NCBI GenBank assembly: GCA_950097015.1
Contig: CATNEN010000007.1
Coordinates: forward strand, 13,330,001-13,394,000
Source of the DNA: Macrostomum hystrix
Lineage: Eukaryota; Animalia; Platyhelminthes
Length of the DNA stretch: 64,000 bases
Direction of reading: 5' to 3'
Both the position numbers and the translations under genes were made by a program. Shown piece after piece: positions 1 through 13,410 of the stretch (position 1 is its first letter; each line of letters opens with the position of its first letter). The notes below the pieces were generated by a model. It saw only the letters and a list, made by a program, of their open reading frames with translations, did no database searches and was not told the origin of the DNA.

Positions 1-9
1 CATTTCTAG

Positions 10-3000
10 TTTGTCTTATTCACACGTATCTCAGAAGGATGCTTTCTTAGTATTTCGTAGCCTCTGTAAGCTTTCAATGAAGCCACTTCCTGACGGTCAT
101 CCTGACCCAAAGTCGCACGAATTGCGGTCAAAGATTCTGGCGCTTGAATTGCTTTTAAGCATTCTTCAGAACCCTGGCCCGGTATTTAAGACCAATGAAA
201 CATTTATCAATGCAATAAAACAGTACCTTTGCGTCGCTTTGTCTAGAAATGGTGTTTCTTCAGTTCAGGAAGTCTTCGAACTATCGTGTGCTATATTTCT
301 ATCTCTGCTGTCCCACTTCAAGCAGCATCTAAAGCCTCAGATCGAAGTCTTTTTTAAGGATATTTTCCTCTACATTCTCGAAAATCAAAGTAGCTCTTTT
401 GGTCATAAGTGGATTATTGTTCAGATTATGGCAAGAATTTGTTCAGACGCTCAGTGTGTCGTTGACTTGTATCTAAACTACGACTGTGAGATGAACTCCG
501 CCAACGTCTTTGAACGTTTAGTCAAGGACTTGGCAAAAGCTGCCCAAGGTACCCATGCAAAGGAGCTTGGCTGTACGCCGGTGCAAGAAAAGCAGATGCG
601 AACGAAGTCTTTAGAGTGCTTAGTTTCAATTCTTAAATGCATGATGGAGTGGAGTCGCGACCTATATCACAATCCACATAATCATAGCAATTTAAATGTT
701 ATCGAGTACCATAAAACGGAGCCTCTGCCACCAGGAACTGATGTTAACGCTAGCACACTAGGTACGCATTCGCGTGAAAGTTCCAATTCACTGTCATCCT
801 TGCCAGGAACTAGCAATGTGTCTACTGCAGGCGAATTAGTGGATCACTTCGAGGTCCGAAAGCAACAGAAGGAGATGGTTGAAACTGGAATAGCACTTTT
901 CAACAAAAAACCCTTAAAAGGAATCAGGTATCTACAGGAAAGCAAACTGCTTGGTCCAACAGTTGAAGACGTTGCTGACTTTTTGCGTGCTGAAGAACGG
1001 CTAGATCAAGCAGTTCTTGGTGACTTCCTAAGCGACAATGATGACTACAGCAGACAAGTAATGTATGCGTACGTTGATCAACAGAACTTCGAAAACATGG
1101 ACTTTGTTTCCGCCCTTCGAAAGTTTCTGGAGTCGTTTCGACTTCCTGGAGAGGCACAAAAGATTGATCGTCTCGTTGAGAAGTTTGCATCGCGCTACTT
1201 CGAGTGCAATCAGAACAACACAATTTTCTCAAGTGCTGATGCTGCTTATGTCTTAGCATATTCAATCATTATGCTCACTACTGATCTTCACAGCTCACAG
1301 ATCAAAGCGCATAACAAAATGTCAAAGGAAAGTTACATCAAAATGAATCGTGGTATCAACGACACCCGCGATTTGCCTGAGGAATATTTAAGCAAGATTT
1401 ATGACGAGATTCGAGGCAAGAAGATTGATATGAAGACTACATCCGCTTCGACTAGGCCTAAGCCAAAAGTGCCTGCTCAAGTTCCAACTTCTGAAAGGCA
1501 GCGAAAAATGATATTTTACATGGAAATGGAGCAAATGGCAAAAGCTGCCAAAGAACTGATGGAGAACGTCAGTCATCTACCTTCTGATTTCACGAGTGCG
1601 ACAAATGTAGAGCTCACACGCCCAATGTTCAAAATTGTTTGGACTCCTTTTCTTGCTGCATTCAGTGTCGGTCTGCAAGATAGTGACGATCACGATATTT
1701 CTGCACTTTGCCTTGAAGGCATTCGAAGCGCTATTAGAATCGCATGTATATTTTACATGGAACTGGAACGCGATGCCTACGTTCAAGCTTTGTCCCGGTT
1801 CACCTTTTTGACGGCTAATAGCATAACAGAAATGAAAGCGAAAAACATCGATACCATCAAGACTTTAATCACTGTCGCAAATACTGACGGAAATTACCTA
1901 GGTAGATCATGGCTCGAAATTCTTCGTTGCATTAGCACACTTGAACTTGCACAACTAATCGGCAGTGGTGTGAAGTCGCAATTTATCACAGGATCTTCTG
2001 TTGCTAGTCATGCATCCGGCTCATCAACTACTTTCAAAGACAACTTGACTAGTACCATCGACTCCGATGCCTTTAGAGACCATAAAAAGATCCAGCTGCT
2101 TCAAGAGCAGATTGGTGAGACAAGCTCCCAGAGTGTAGTTGTTGCAGTCGACAGAATATTTACTGGCTCTACTAGATTAAATGGCGAGTCCATTGTCCAT
2201 TTTGTCGATGCTCTTTGCAAGGTGTCGCGAGATGAGCTAGTATCCAATCATCCAAGGATGTTCAGTTTGCAAAAAATCGTTGAAATTTCCTACTACAACA
2301 TGGGCCGGATTCGCTTGCAATGGTCAAGAATTTGGGAGGTTCTTGGTAAGCATTTTAACGAAGCCGGGTGCAACCCCAACGAAGATATCGCAGTTTTTGC
2401 TGTTGATTCTCTACGTCAGTTGTCTACGAAGTTTTTGGAGAAGGGCGAGCTGCCAAATTTTCGCTTTCAGAAGGACTTCATGAAGCCATTCGAAATCATC
2501 ATGAAGAAAAACACGTCAAAGAACATTAAAGATATGGTTGTGCAGTGTGTTGCACAGATGGTCAATTCCCAGTACTTTAATATTAAGTCTGGATGGAAAA
2601 ATGTGTTCTCAGTTTTCTTTCTTGCAGCGAGTGATCAGGAGGAGGGCATTGTTGAACTAGCTTTTCAGACAACTGTGCGCATTATTACTGAGATTATGGA
2701 GAAACAGTTTTCTTCTGTGTTAGATTCATTCCAAGACGCCGTTAAGACCTTATCTGAGTTCGCATGCAACGTGAAGTTTCCAGATACCAGCATGGAAGCC
2801 ATTCGTTACATTCGAGTCTGTGCAAAGTACGTTGCGGAAAAGGGCATGATCTTTCGCGATCATCAAGGTGACACTGATGTCTACGTGCAGGAGGAAGACA
2901 GAGTTTGGGTTCGAGGTTGGTTTCCAATCCTTTTTGAGCTCACTTGCGTTATAAGCCGGTGCAAGCTGGATGTACGGACTCGGTCGTTGACAGTTTTGTT

Positions 3001-4665
3001 TGAAATAATGAAAACTTATGGAGGACAATTCACGCAGAGCTGGTGGAAGGAGCTGTTCGGAGTGATCTTTCGAATCTTTGACGAAATAAAAATGTCAGAT
3101 TCGCCTGCAGAGCGCATTGAATGGATGAACACTACATGCAATCACGCACTATATGCGATTGTCGATGTATTCACACAATATTATGAAACATTGTGTCCGA
3201 TTCTGTTAAACGAACTTTACGCTCAACTTAAGTGGTGCGTCCAGCAGGACAACGAGCAGCTGGCTCGTGCTGGCACAAACTGCTTTGAGAACTTCGTCAT
3301 CTCTAACGGTGCCAATTTTACCTCAGAAATCTGGCAAGTGACGTGTGTTTCTCTTAAAGAGATCTTTGAAAAGACAGTGCCCTCTAAATTATTGACTTGG
3401 TCTCCTGCTAGTCCTGAGAAATCGTCAAATCAGCAGCTGGATGAAGGACTCAGTAATCAAGCTCTGTTTAACAGCCTGCTTATTAAGTGCGTAGTTCAAT
3501 TTGAACTGATCGTTGCGTTCGACAACATTATTTTCTATCCTGCAGCGAGCCGTAAGGAAGATCAAGAGAATTGGTCGTCTGCTCAGCATCCGATGGAGGA
3601 GTTACCAGCTGTGGCAGAGAAGTTGGATGAAGACCGCGGAATGTACAGACATCTGTCTACTGATCAGCTGGTTACGCTTGCAGATTGTCTAATGGAGTCG
3701 CACATATTCGCTAAAAAGTTCAATTTAGACCACGAGCAACGTAACCTGCTGTGGAAAGCTGGTATGTTTAATCAGTGGAAGTAAATTCCAACTTAAAATT
3801 CACTTTAAGTTCACTTCTGTAATTTGTATCCCATGTATTTATTACTTATATGAAACTCCTAATAAATCTTAATGAAACTCTTGAATGAAACTCTTAATTA
3901 AAAAACTATAAAAATCGAAAGTTTAGATAGAAAAAATAGTCGCCCAGAAGCATTCTATCTTGCCTCATATTTTCGCCTTTAATTTAAATCACTTGGTTTC
4001 ACAGGCACAGCTTAACTCATCCGAGCTCTAGGAGTGTTGCTCTGGATGTTCACAACGATCTCTATTTATTGCCAGATATTTTTCTCATTTAATTTAGGCT
4101 TGACCTCTTGCAGCTAGTAAGGCTAAGTCGGGAAAAGTCAAAGTAAATTTAATAGTAAATTATTTACATGTAAATTAATGGCTACAGAAGAACAAATATA
4201 TTAAATTAATTAATTGGGTTTAACTGCCCTTCTAAAATTCAACTTGTGCCCTACTCGTACATCACAGGCTTCAAAGGCAAGGCAAAACCAAACCTACTAA
4301 AACAGGAGACCCAGTCGCTAAGCTGCTGTCTCCGGATTCTATTTCGTCTGAATTCGGATAGCAGCCGTTCTCAGGAGTCCGAAACTATTCACTCTAAGCT
4401 TGTAAGCTTGTGCAGCGACGCTCTGCACCACTACCTATCACTGCCTACCGATATTCACAGAGAGGCCTGGAACTCCCTTCTGCTTCTGATGCTAGTCAGA
4501 ATCAGTCGGCTGCCCTCAGATAAGCTTAGGCGGCACCTGGTTGCCTATTACCAGCTGCTGTGCGACTGCCTCCTCGTGCAAAATCTGCCGCCCGAGATCA
4601 AAGCTGGCTTGCGCCGCGTGTTCATGCGAGCTGGCGCCTTGGCGCAGCTGCTGCCTGCCACCTGA
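10..4665 (+). CDS. ARFGEF1/2: Brefeldin A-inhibited Arf guanine-nucleotide exchange factor (BIG1/BIG2 family), 5'-partial; exons 10..3761 and 4268..4665
   Basis: Sec7 catalytic motif [15 protein letters not shown] box (LYLNYDC), [17 protein letters not shown] and HDS regions. Acceptor ttctag at 9, donor g|gtatgt at 3761 and acceptor cacag| at 4267 join [18 protein letters not shown] in frame, as in BIG proteins. The N-terminus lies upstream of the window. Confidence 0.95.
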
Positions 4666-6304
4666 TTTTGTGTTGGCCTGTCGAGCACAATTATTATACT
4701 GATTTGGCATCTTGCTTCCGCCACCAACATTTCCTTTTCTGTTTCGAAATATAATTGTTTCCAAATATTTACCATAGTAGTCTAAGTTGCGTCTCTTAAT
4801 TGCTATTTTAATTGCGATCTGACCTGACTAGACAAAGCACTGACAAAACTATTGTCTGTTTTCACTTGTTACTTTTGATGTCGGTTGGGCTATTGTTAAG
4901 TGATTTGTCTCAATAGGAGATAGTAAATGTTTTTTTATTTGAGCTATTTTACTTTATCGAATGCGTAATTGTTTTTTGACATAAAATTTCATTAAAAACA
5001 CTTAAATGTTTATCGCATATAGAAAGCAATAAACCGTACTTACTTCAGCAAGTTTCATTTCGACTAAAAAAAATAAAGAGGAAGTAAAATATAGTAGATT
5101 TGCTTAATTAGTATAACTTTTAGGTCATGTAGGTAAAAAAAGTATTTTCTTTATTTTTTCTTCACATTGAAAATATATATATAACAGAACGATAATGAGG
5201 ACGAATGTATTAAAGCTTAAAGGGCATTAGATCATACTGTTTTTAGTGAAGACAATTCGTAGCAGACACTAGGTATTTTACTCCATAAAATGTAATAAAA
5301 GGTCAACTGAACTGTTGTTTTAGGGATAATGCACTTCCAGAATATTTGAATCGCCTTTTGGCCCAAATTTGGAGACCGTCGTATAAATCATGGCTGTGAT
5401 GCCCGCTCATAGCACATCCTTATCTTATATAATTGTTTTGCTGATTATCTAGTAAATTGATGCTTATTCACCAATTACTCTTTACCTGAACTCTGAGCGA
5501 AGATCAAGTGTGTGGTTTTGTTTTCTTCGCTTCCCTATATCTGGTGTCGAGTATGGTGTGCCCCCTTACAGTGTTTGCTGTGCACTCGTCTTAAGACAAG
5601 CTTGTCCTTGTGCGCCGTTTTTAGTAGCCAAACGCTGATTATCATTTAATTATTATATGTAAAAGTGCCTGGAATTCCTGTTGTTTCCGATATACTATCC
5701 TGGTACTGATCTATTGATTCACCCTATTGCACACGTCTATTTCTTACTGACTTACCTGTTCTTATTCAGTAAGTCCCCTTTCATGTTGCCCTCTGATATC
5801 TGGAGTTTTCATTACTAAGTTTCGTTGTATTTGCTCTTATTTAAGCGGGGTAGCTTGTGATATGCAGCAGTTTTTTCTGTTAACTAGATCGAAAAATAAA
5901 CACCAATCGTCTGTGCATTAATGCTTACTGGTTTAATTGGGTTTCCATTGAGCTTTATTTCGTTCCTTCTTTTTTTATCTTGACAGCAAATGTATGTATG
6001 ACAAGAACAGGCTTAAGTATTTCGTAAATTTTTTGTTAGCCAGACTATGAACTTTTCATAAAACTGTTGTTTTAACATGTGTTAGTCTTATAATTTTTGT
6101 GGACACGCAATTTTTGCATTGGCAGTAAAAAATCTAGTTCACGCATGTTCAGTATTTTTTAACGTGTCTATTATAGATGTTCACAAAACAAAGCTTGTTT
6201 TTTATGACGGCATGCTTTGCAATGTCTGAAAATTACGGGTTTAGAGCGGCAGCGAAGCAAGCGTAATTTTTGCAATCTTATTTATTCAGTTATTTAAATT
6301 ATTA

Positions 6305-6324
6305 ATTTTCTTTCTTAACTACAG
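6305..6324 (+). promoter_or_regulatory. 3' splice acceptor 7 nt upstream of the PRPF39 ATG (cis or SL-trans splice site)
   Basis: Pyrimidine tract ttttctttcttaactacag followed by cctcaaaATG. Confidence 0.55.
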
Positions 6325-6331
6325 CCTCAAA

Positions 6332-9300
6332 ATGACCAGTCCAGAGCCAACCAATGGTTTAGCAAGCGGGCCATCCGATGCTCACGAGGCTTCATGCCTC
6401 CTAGATCAAGACGCTGTTTCACCTGTTCGGTCTACTGGGACCGCATCTGATGTTCCACCTGCCGCTGTCGCTGATTCACCTCTGTCAAAGCCTTGTGAGT
6501 CTTCAGGCGAATCTGGCAAGGCTGCAGAAGAGGCAGATTCGGACTCTCCTGCAACACTCAGCGACTTACTAGGTTTCTCAGTCGATGAATCCAGTGAAAT
6601 CGGGCGCCTATGGCGCGCAGTCATTGATGATGGTTCTGACTTCACTTCTTGGACGCTGCTGCTGGAGGCGGCGGAGCGTGGAGTTGCCGCTGACGTTCAA
6701 ATGGCCAGACAGGCTTTTGGCCGATTCCTGCAGCGCTATCCCTACTGTTACGGTTATTGGAAGAAATTAGCTGAGGTCGAGAAGTCCGCTGGCCATCCGG
6801 ACCGAGTTATTGAGGTAATGCCGAGCTCCGTATTCTCCTATCAATCCGCAGCCTTTTTCAGTTCATTATGTTGCTTAATGACTATTAAAGTTCCAAAAAA
6901 TTCACCTAGTTTTAGTATATAAGATAACGACCTAAAATTGATTCGATTTTTAGTAATCGTATTTGGTTTGCTTGTCGGATTCTCCTTACACTCAGGGCTA
7001 ACATGTGGTTGTGTATTTGTGCATTTTGAAGTAAGGTAAATCTAAATAATCCGGTATATTTTGTTGTCTGCTTAGTCAAAAGAACTTTAATAAGGTTGTC
7101 TAATTGCTCTGGTGCAAGAGCTTTCTGGTTTATTAAATTTCTCTTCGAACTACACAAGGACTTGGATCTTCATTTCTTAAAAAATAGAGCCTTTAACAGT
7201 GCTTTAACAGTCACAAAAATTTTAGGTTTGAAATCAACATCTCAACGTTTTTAATACCGTTACTTCATTCTCTATGTCAAATTTTGCAGGCGAACACGTA
7301 TTTTTAGGCATAGCAATATACTTTAGCGCTACGTGTTACAATCTGCTGATCTGCCAGTTAGCTATGGACTTATCTATGCTAGGCCTGTATGCTATATGCG
7401 TATATTTTATCCATTGAAGTCTGTGAACGCCATTGAGCCTCTCAACTTGCGCAAGTGGACGCGCGCCTTTCTTGACTATTTCTGCTACCTCACTAAGAGT
7501 TTTTTATTGCTCTTACTCTGTTGGTAAGAAATGTAAAATCATTTCTGTGCGATTTTGCGGATACAAGAGCATAAACGTGAAGTCTTATGATTATTGTATG
7601 GCTGATAGTGTGATTTCTCATATCTTCTAAGCTTTCACTGCTTCCTCACTGTAGGTGTACGAAAACGGAGTAAATGCAATCTACCTTTGTATCGACCTCT
7701 GGATTGCCTATTTGGAGTACGTGATGGAGACCTCACAAATCAGCCCGGACTATGAGGAAAAAGTCAAGACGTGAGATCTTTTCTCCTTTTTAATTAAACA
7801 AAATATCACTCATTCTCTGTATTCATCGGAACAAATCTTGTCAGTGATTTAGACTTGGTCGAAGTGACCTATATCATCTCCTGCCCCAAACCTAAGGCTT
7901 CGCACTCACCCAAAACCTTCCAGTCTGTTTGAGCGCGCTATAGCATCTGCTGGACTGGAGTTCCGATCTGACAAGCTGTGGGAGGACTACATAAACTGGT
8001 TAAGCGTGATGGGCAACTTTGTCGAAGTGACAGCAGTGTACGACAAACTCCTTAACACGCCCACTCAACTGTACTATCAGCACTGGGAGAGCTTTAAGCG
8101 CCATGTTGATGAGAAAGATCTACGCCAGATAGTAACGCCAGAAGAATTCAAGGACCTCTTGCGTGATGTCACTCAGCACGATATTGATATCAACGCTCTA
8201 ATCGATGATGGCACAGTTAAAAAGATGAAAGAGAAATTGATTGCCAGAAGAAGTCCCATCTATCAGACAAATTATGAACAAATCAGCAAGCGCTGGTACT
8301 TTGAGGAGAAGATCCGCCGACCTTACTTTCACATCAAACCTCTAGAGCGAAGCCAGCTGACGAATTGGCGTGAATACCTGGACATGGAGATGCAGGAGCA
8401 GGACCACGCCCGCATAATAGTGCTATTTGAGCGCTGCCTTATTGCATGCGCTAGGTACGAAGAGTTCTGGATCAAGTACGCCAAGTACCTAGAGTGGCAG
8501 AGGGATATCGACGGCGCCAGAAATGTCTGGCAACGAGCATGTCTTGTGCATCTGCCGCATAGGCCCACAGTGCACTGGTACTACTCGGCATTCGAGGAGA
8601 GGCAAGGTCAACACGGTAAGGCCAGCGAAATTATGCGCGAGCTTGAGGCCATGTGTCCCAAGCAGACTCTCGTCACCCTGCGCCGTATCAGCTGTCTAAG
8701 GCGCATCGCGCAGCCAGACCAGGTGGTTCAAGTGAGTCATATCTGGATTTATATCTAATTTTCTTAGTGCATGGGCAGGTTTAAAGGAAAAAAATCTGTC
8801 CAATACCTTGTGCCACGTCCTTTACTTTACTTATGAAGCTATTTATTGTTCGTTACAACTCACTGAAACAATGTATATATATTATTTCTACGTCTTTTAA
8901 TTCGAAACGTACGCTGTCATAATGTTAAAATCTTCATAAAAATAGTATAAATCAATTTGCATCTTCTAAACTTAAAATATGTGTCTTACAGTAATTACAG
9001 CACTTCTGTTCTAGTTAGTGCTTTGAAAGTTATCTTGGCGGTTTTATGTTCACGTTAACGTTCACTTAAACCACAATATGACTCAAAATGTCAACTCAAA
9101 ATGTCAACAGGCATACGAGGAGGCACTGCGCCGGTACAGAGAATGCCCACCGAGTCACTCAATGATATCAGCAAAATTTTCGCGATATATGCATCGCATC
9201 AGGACCGACTGGCAGCGTGCTGCTACCGTTCTTAAGGAGGCGATCGAGATCGATCCGGCCAATGAGCGGCTGTACACACAGCTTGTGGACCTGGCCTACC

Positions 9301-9755
9301 AGCTCACGCCGCTGGACGAGGCCTATTTCTGCCATTGCATCGACTTAGCTGTGTGCAGCGACCAACTTAGCGAAGAGGCAAAGCTGCGCTTCCTTTGCCG
9401 CAAAATGGAGTTTCTCGAGGATTTTAGCGCTGACATCAAGAAGATCACGGACGCATATGATGACTACCAGGCACTGCTTGCTACCTGCGGCTCACAGCGC
9501 GGTCGCTCCATGCCCGCAACCACAGCAGTTGGAAACTGCAATGGAGGTGACAGCAGCGATGAACCCACTGCTGTCAAGCGGGCGCGCCGTGAGTCTTACA
9601 CAGGTGGCAGCTATGACCCGCTCTCCAACTGCTGCTATAGTGAATCAGCCGTTTCCAATACCGTCTCAACTGCTGCCTCAGACCCGCTTCTGGTCCACCA
9701 GTTACCCATATTTAGTGGCAGCTATGAGACCGTGGCATACGGGTTGCCGCGGTAA
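6332..9755 (+). CDS. PRPF39: Pre-mRNA processing factor 39 (HAT-repeat U1 snRNP protein); exons 6332..6814, 7655..7770, 7924..8731, 9111..9755 (~683 aa)
   Basis: Motifs FLQRYPYCYGYWKK, LFERAIASAGLEFRSDKLW, RWYFEEKIRRPYFHIKPLE and LFERCLIACARYEEFW. All three introns are GT-AG and the phases (0,2,0) keep the frame. Confidence 0.92.
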
Positions 9756-10854
9756 ACGGAACAGTTTATGGCATCTTGGCTTACACATTAATTTCTTAAA
9801 TTACAACATTGATTTAGGCAAACGCTTTTAACCTGTCTGTATTAGCTTTTGCCGTATGACGCGAAATTCGCGCTACCCCTGATTCTTTGTAATCTTCAAG
9901 AATTTTTTGTTACAACTTACACTATCTCTTGTTCCTTCCGCACTAGAAGTTTTTATGCTTATCAGGCGTGGTTTAGTTGGCTGATAGGCTCTGTAAGTTA
10001 AACTCGTTTTAGCTTGAAGCGTTAGAATTCGTAAAAACGAATAGCATCTACGAATAGACAAATATCGAGTAGAATGGGAAAAACGATAAAAATTGTGGTG
10101 CTAAATGTAATAAATATTCTGCGATGCAATGTGATAAAATTCTTGATACTCACGTGGATAAGCTCGCAATCCCACACATGCGCAGTAATATTATCATATG
10201 TTATATGATTAGAACTTTAGTTATCAAAATAGTTTTTAGACTTATCGCACTTATCTGTGCCACTGGATCAGCAATTAAAGGTCTATTTGCATTCCTCCCA
10301 CACATGATAGTCCTTTCAGTCGATTTATTCACAGCTTTCTATTTATTTAATACTCTTTCTGTTAAGCTCTACTTTAGATCGCTTGTCGCGATCAGCTGAC
10401 TGGCGTACATGTATAGCGATGTATAGCAGTGTAATTTAGCTGCTCAACCACCCTTGAATTAAGCGTTATGTGTCAACAGATTTAAATTTCCTGCTAGTGA
10501 ATTGTTAAAATACGGCAACCGTATCTTTCTTCGTTCTTATAGTTTTTTAGTTAATTTACCTTTTTGTTTGCAATGGCCTTCATCATAATAGTCACTGTCT
10601 CTTGAATGATGCGTAATGAAATTAAAATACAATGCCACAAAAAACTATAATTAGCAATACTTTCTCTGGCTTAATAAGATAACTAGAAATCGATCTCGAA
10701 ACTCGGGCCGTAAAACGTCAGTAATTTTTTAGCTTTTCTAATATACGTTGTCCTGCTCATATGAACTGAATTACATTTAAATCATTCAGAACTGTTTGTT
10801 TGTGCTGCATTCCCATAGTGTTGCCCTTTTGTTTGTGTAATTAATTAGGTAGCA

Positions 10855-11095
10855 GTATGTTTGCCTGTTACTAAGCTGTGGTCAGTAGTGCAACAATTTC
10901 AGTGCGGTTGCTAACCCTTCTGTTTGGGTATTACATCGTGTAGTACATCGTATTGCATGTTTGCCTGTTACATAGCTGCGCTAAGCAGTGCAGCCAATTA
11001 AGTGCGTTTGCTAACCATTTTTATGTGTTCATATTGTATAACTGTATGTTTGGCTATTACAAAGCTGCAATTTGAGTAACATCAGTGCGGTGGTT
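10855..11095. repeat. Three diverged direct repeats of roughly 50-60 bp upstream of TARDBP
   Basis: Pattern g(t/c)atgtttg(c/g)ct(g/a)ttac..agctg...agtgcg at about 10855, 10956 and 11044. Confidence 0.5.
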
Positions 11096-11712
11096 TGTGA
11101 TAAGATTCATCTTTTGTGTTGTTTTGCGGCTGCTTTGCTCATGCAAACAAAATAAATAATATGTGTAGTCGCTGTCGGACAGGTGGTTATTACTTTAAGC
11201 AGCTAGTTTATGTTATAATTATTTAATGCTACAATTTAACTAAATGTAACTTAAGAGTGCAAAATCCAGGCTTTATGTTCATGCACTTTTTGTATGAAAT
11301 AAGTAATCTTATTTAGTTGCGTCATGCACTAAAGTCTCCATTGCACTTTTTGGGCTTAGCACGGAAGCCCTTTTAAATTAAGCTTTAATAAGAGATTTTC
11401 TTTCATCTGTTTTAAGCTAAAAAAACAAAGCAGTCTTAAGCAAACACAGTTGCTTCGTTTCTTAATTTTAGATCGAGTATTTTTTGTTTACTCGATTCTC
11501 GACGAATATGCAAACCAATAATAATACTTTTTGCGTATTGGTTGCTATTAAAAATAGTAAAGCTCAGAAAATTATTTTAGTTTGGATCTTCATGAATGGT
11601 TGAAGCGCTTTTCTATTATGACGTAAACGGCACCAACTGCTCTTCTAGGACGTTGGCTACTGTAATAAGTATGATGCAATTACTGCTACCACACTGTCTT
11701 CCCATCTCTGTA

Positions 11713-11737
11713 TGTTTGTTTTGGTGTTCAATTTCAG
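11713..11737 (+). promoter_or_regulatory. 3' splice acceptor 26 nt upstream of the TARDBP ATG (cis or SL-trans splice site)
   Basis: T-rich tract ending atttcag at 11737. Confidence 0.5.
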
Positions 11738-11763
11738 TTCACGCGTTGTCTGACTGCTAAGTG

Positions 11764-13410
11764 ATGTCTGTTGAATATGTGCCTGTTTCCGAGGAAGAGG
11801 GTGATGACCCGATTGAAGTACCTACCGAGACAGATGGCAGCCTGCTGCTAACCACCCTGACAGCCCAATTTCCTGGCGTGTCTGGCTTGCGCTATCGAAG
11901 CCCCGAGACGGGTGCTTTGCGGGCAGTTCGTCTAGCTGACGGCCGGCTGCATCGGCCGCCCGAGCTGCTCTCTTGGACTCACAATGGAAACGTGGTCTAC
12001 TTATGTACTTTCCCCAAGGATAACAAGCGCAAAGTGGAGCACGATGAAATTGACAATCTCAGCTCCAAACCAAAGAAAGCTGATCGGAAAAAGTGCACGG
12101 ACCTTATTGTCTTGGGTCTGCCATACAAGACCACAGAGGAAGATCTACGAGAATACTTCTGCAAGTTTGGCGAGCTGGTCATGACTCAGATCAAACGAGA
12201 CCAGAAGAGCAACAGCAAGGGCTATGGCTTCATTCGCTTCGCTGAATATGAGAGTCAATTGGAGTGCCTGTCCAGCCCTAGGCACCAGATTGAGGGCCGC
12301 TGGTGCGAGGTAAAGGTACCAATCAGCCAGGGCGAAACTCCCGGCCCTGTCAACGTTCCCCGGCGCGTTTTTGTTGGTCGCATCACTGAGGAGCTGACTG
12401 CTCCTGTGCTCAAAGAGTTTTTCGGTCAGTATGGTCCTGTTGAGGAGGTCTACATCCCCAAGCCCTTCCGTTCCTTTGCTTTTCTAACATTTGGCGACTC
12501 TAGCACCGTGTCGGAACTGGTCGGTGAAGACTTCGTGATTAACGGTGTTTCTGTTCACGTTGGGCACGCTAACCCAAAGCATAGTTTTGGACAGGTGAGA
12601 CAGTGCTACTGTGACCTGCTCGTAATAATTAAGTTTTAGCGTTGACGAGGAGTGATTAGGAGCGTTGATTAGGAGATTAGTCCTCCTAATCTGTTTTCCC
12701 AGGGCTCTGAGTTGTCGATTTCTGGGTTGTGACTTCTAAGAAGCCTAAGTTTAGACAGAAGTTTTCTTTATTGAATTTTATTAGTCATCTTAAAGGCTCG
12801 CATTCTTTAAGCTAAGCTACGAGCGTATTTTGTCCTATTTGATAAATCATGCGTGATCTATTGAGTCTCCTGCTAACCTGTGGCCTGCTATAATCATTTG
12901 ACCCTCTTGATGCATGATACATAAACAAAGTAAGCACCAGTCCTATGTAGCGGTCCTATGTTTTGTAGTCTTGAGTTTTTAATGCCAGCTTTTCACAAAT
13001 GTAATGATTCTAGCTTACTTTACTGCCACACTCCTGCTTCTAACCTTTATCCACAGATGAGTGGCGGGCCGCCTTTTAAGCAAGGTGGCTCGTATATGTC
13101 TGGCCAGGGTCACATGGGACCGCCGCGTGGCTGGCAGCCTATGGCCGGACAGCCGCAGCCTGGTGGGCCTCAGCAGTACCAGGACATGGTCAATACCCTG
13201 GCAACGAATCCGCAGATCCTGGCGGCCGCCCTCGCTCAGGTATCCAGCATGAGCATGGAATCCCCAGGGCAGCAGCAGGCGCGCGGTGGCCCAGGCCGCA
13301 GTGGTTATGGTGGCGCCAATCGGGGCGGCGCCTCTGCGGCAGGTGCCAGTGGAGATGCCAACGGTGGCTACTCGTCTGGTGGTGGTGGTAACTATGGAAA
13401 CTACTGGTGA
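11764..13410 (+). CDS. TARDBP: TAR DNA-binding protein 43 (TDP-43) homolog; exons 11764..12594 and 13057..13410 (~394 aa)
   Basis: N-terminal domain (PIEVPTETDGSLLLTTLTAQFPGVSGLRYR), RRM1 (DLIVLGLPYKTTE, KGYGFIRF), RRM2 (VFVGR, IPKPFRSFAFLTF) and a Gly/Gln-rich tail. Donor cag|gtgaga and acceptor ccacag| are both phase 0. Confidence 0.95.

Noticed and set aside
5395-5498. Possible box C/D snoRNA (GTGATGC...CTGA...TTGATGC...CTGA)
   Set aside because: The C box is imperfect, the terminal stem is minimal, and I could not identify an rRNA or snRNA antisense target. It needs snoscan or small-RNA data.
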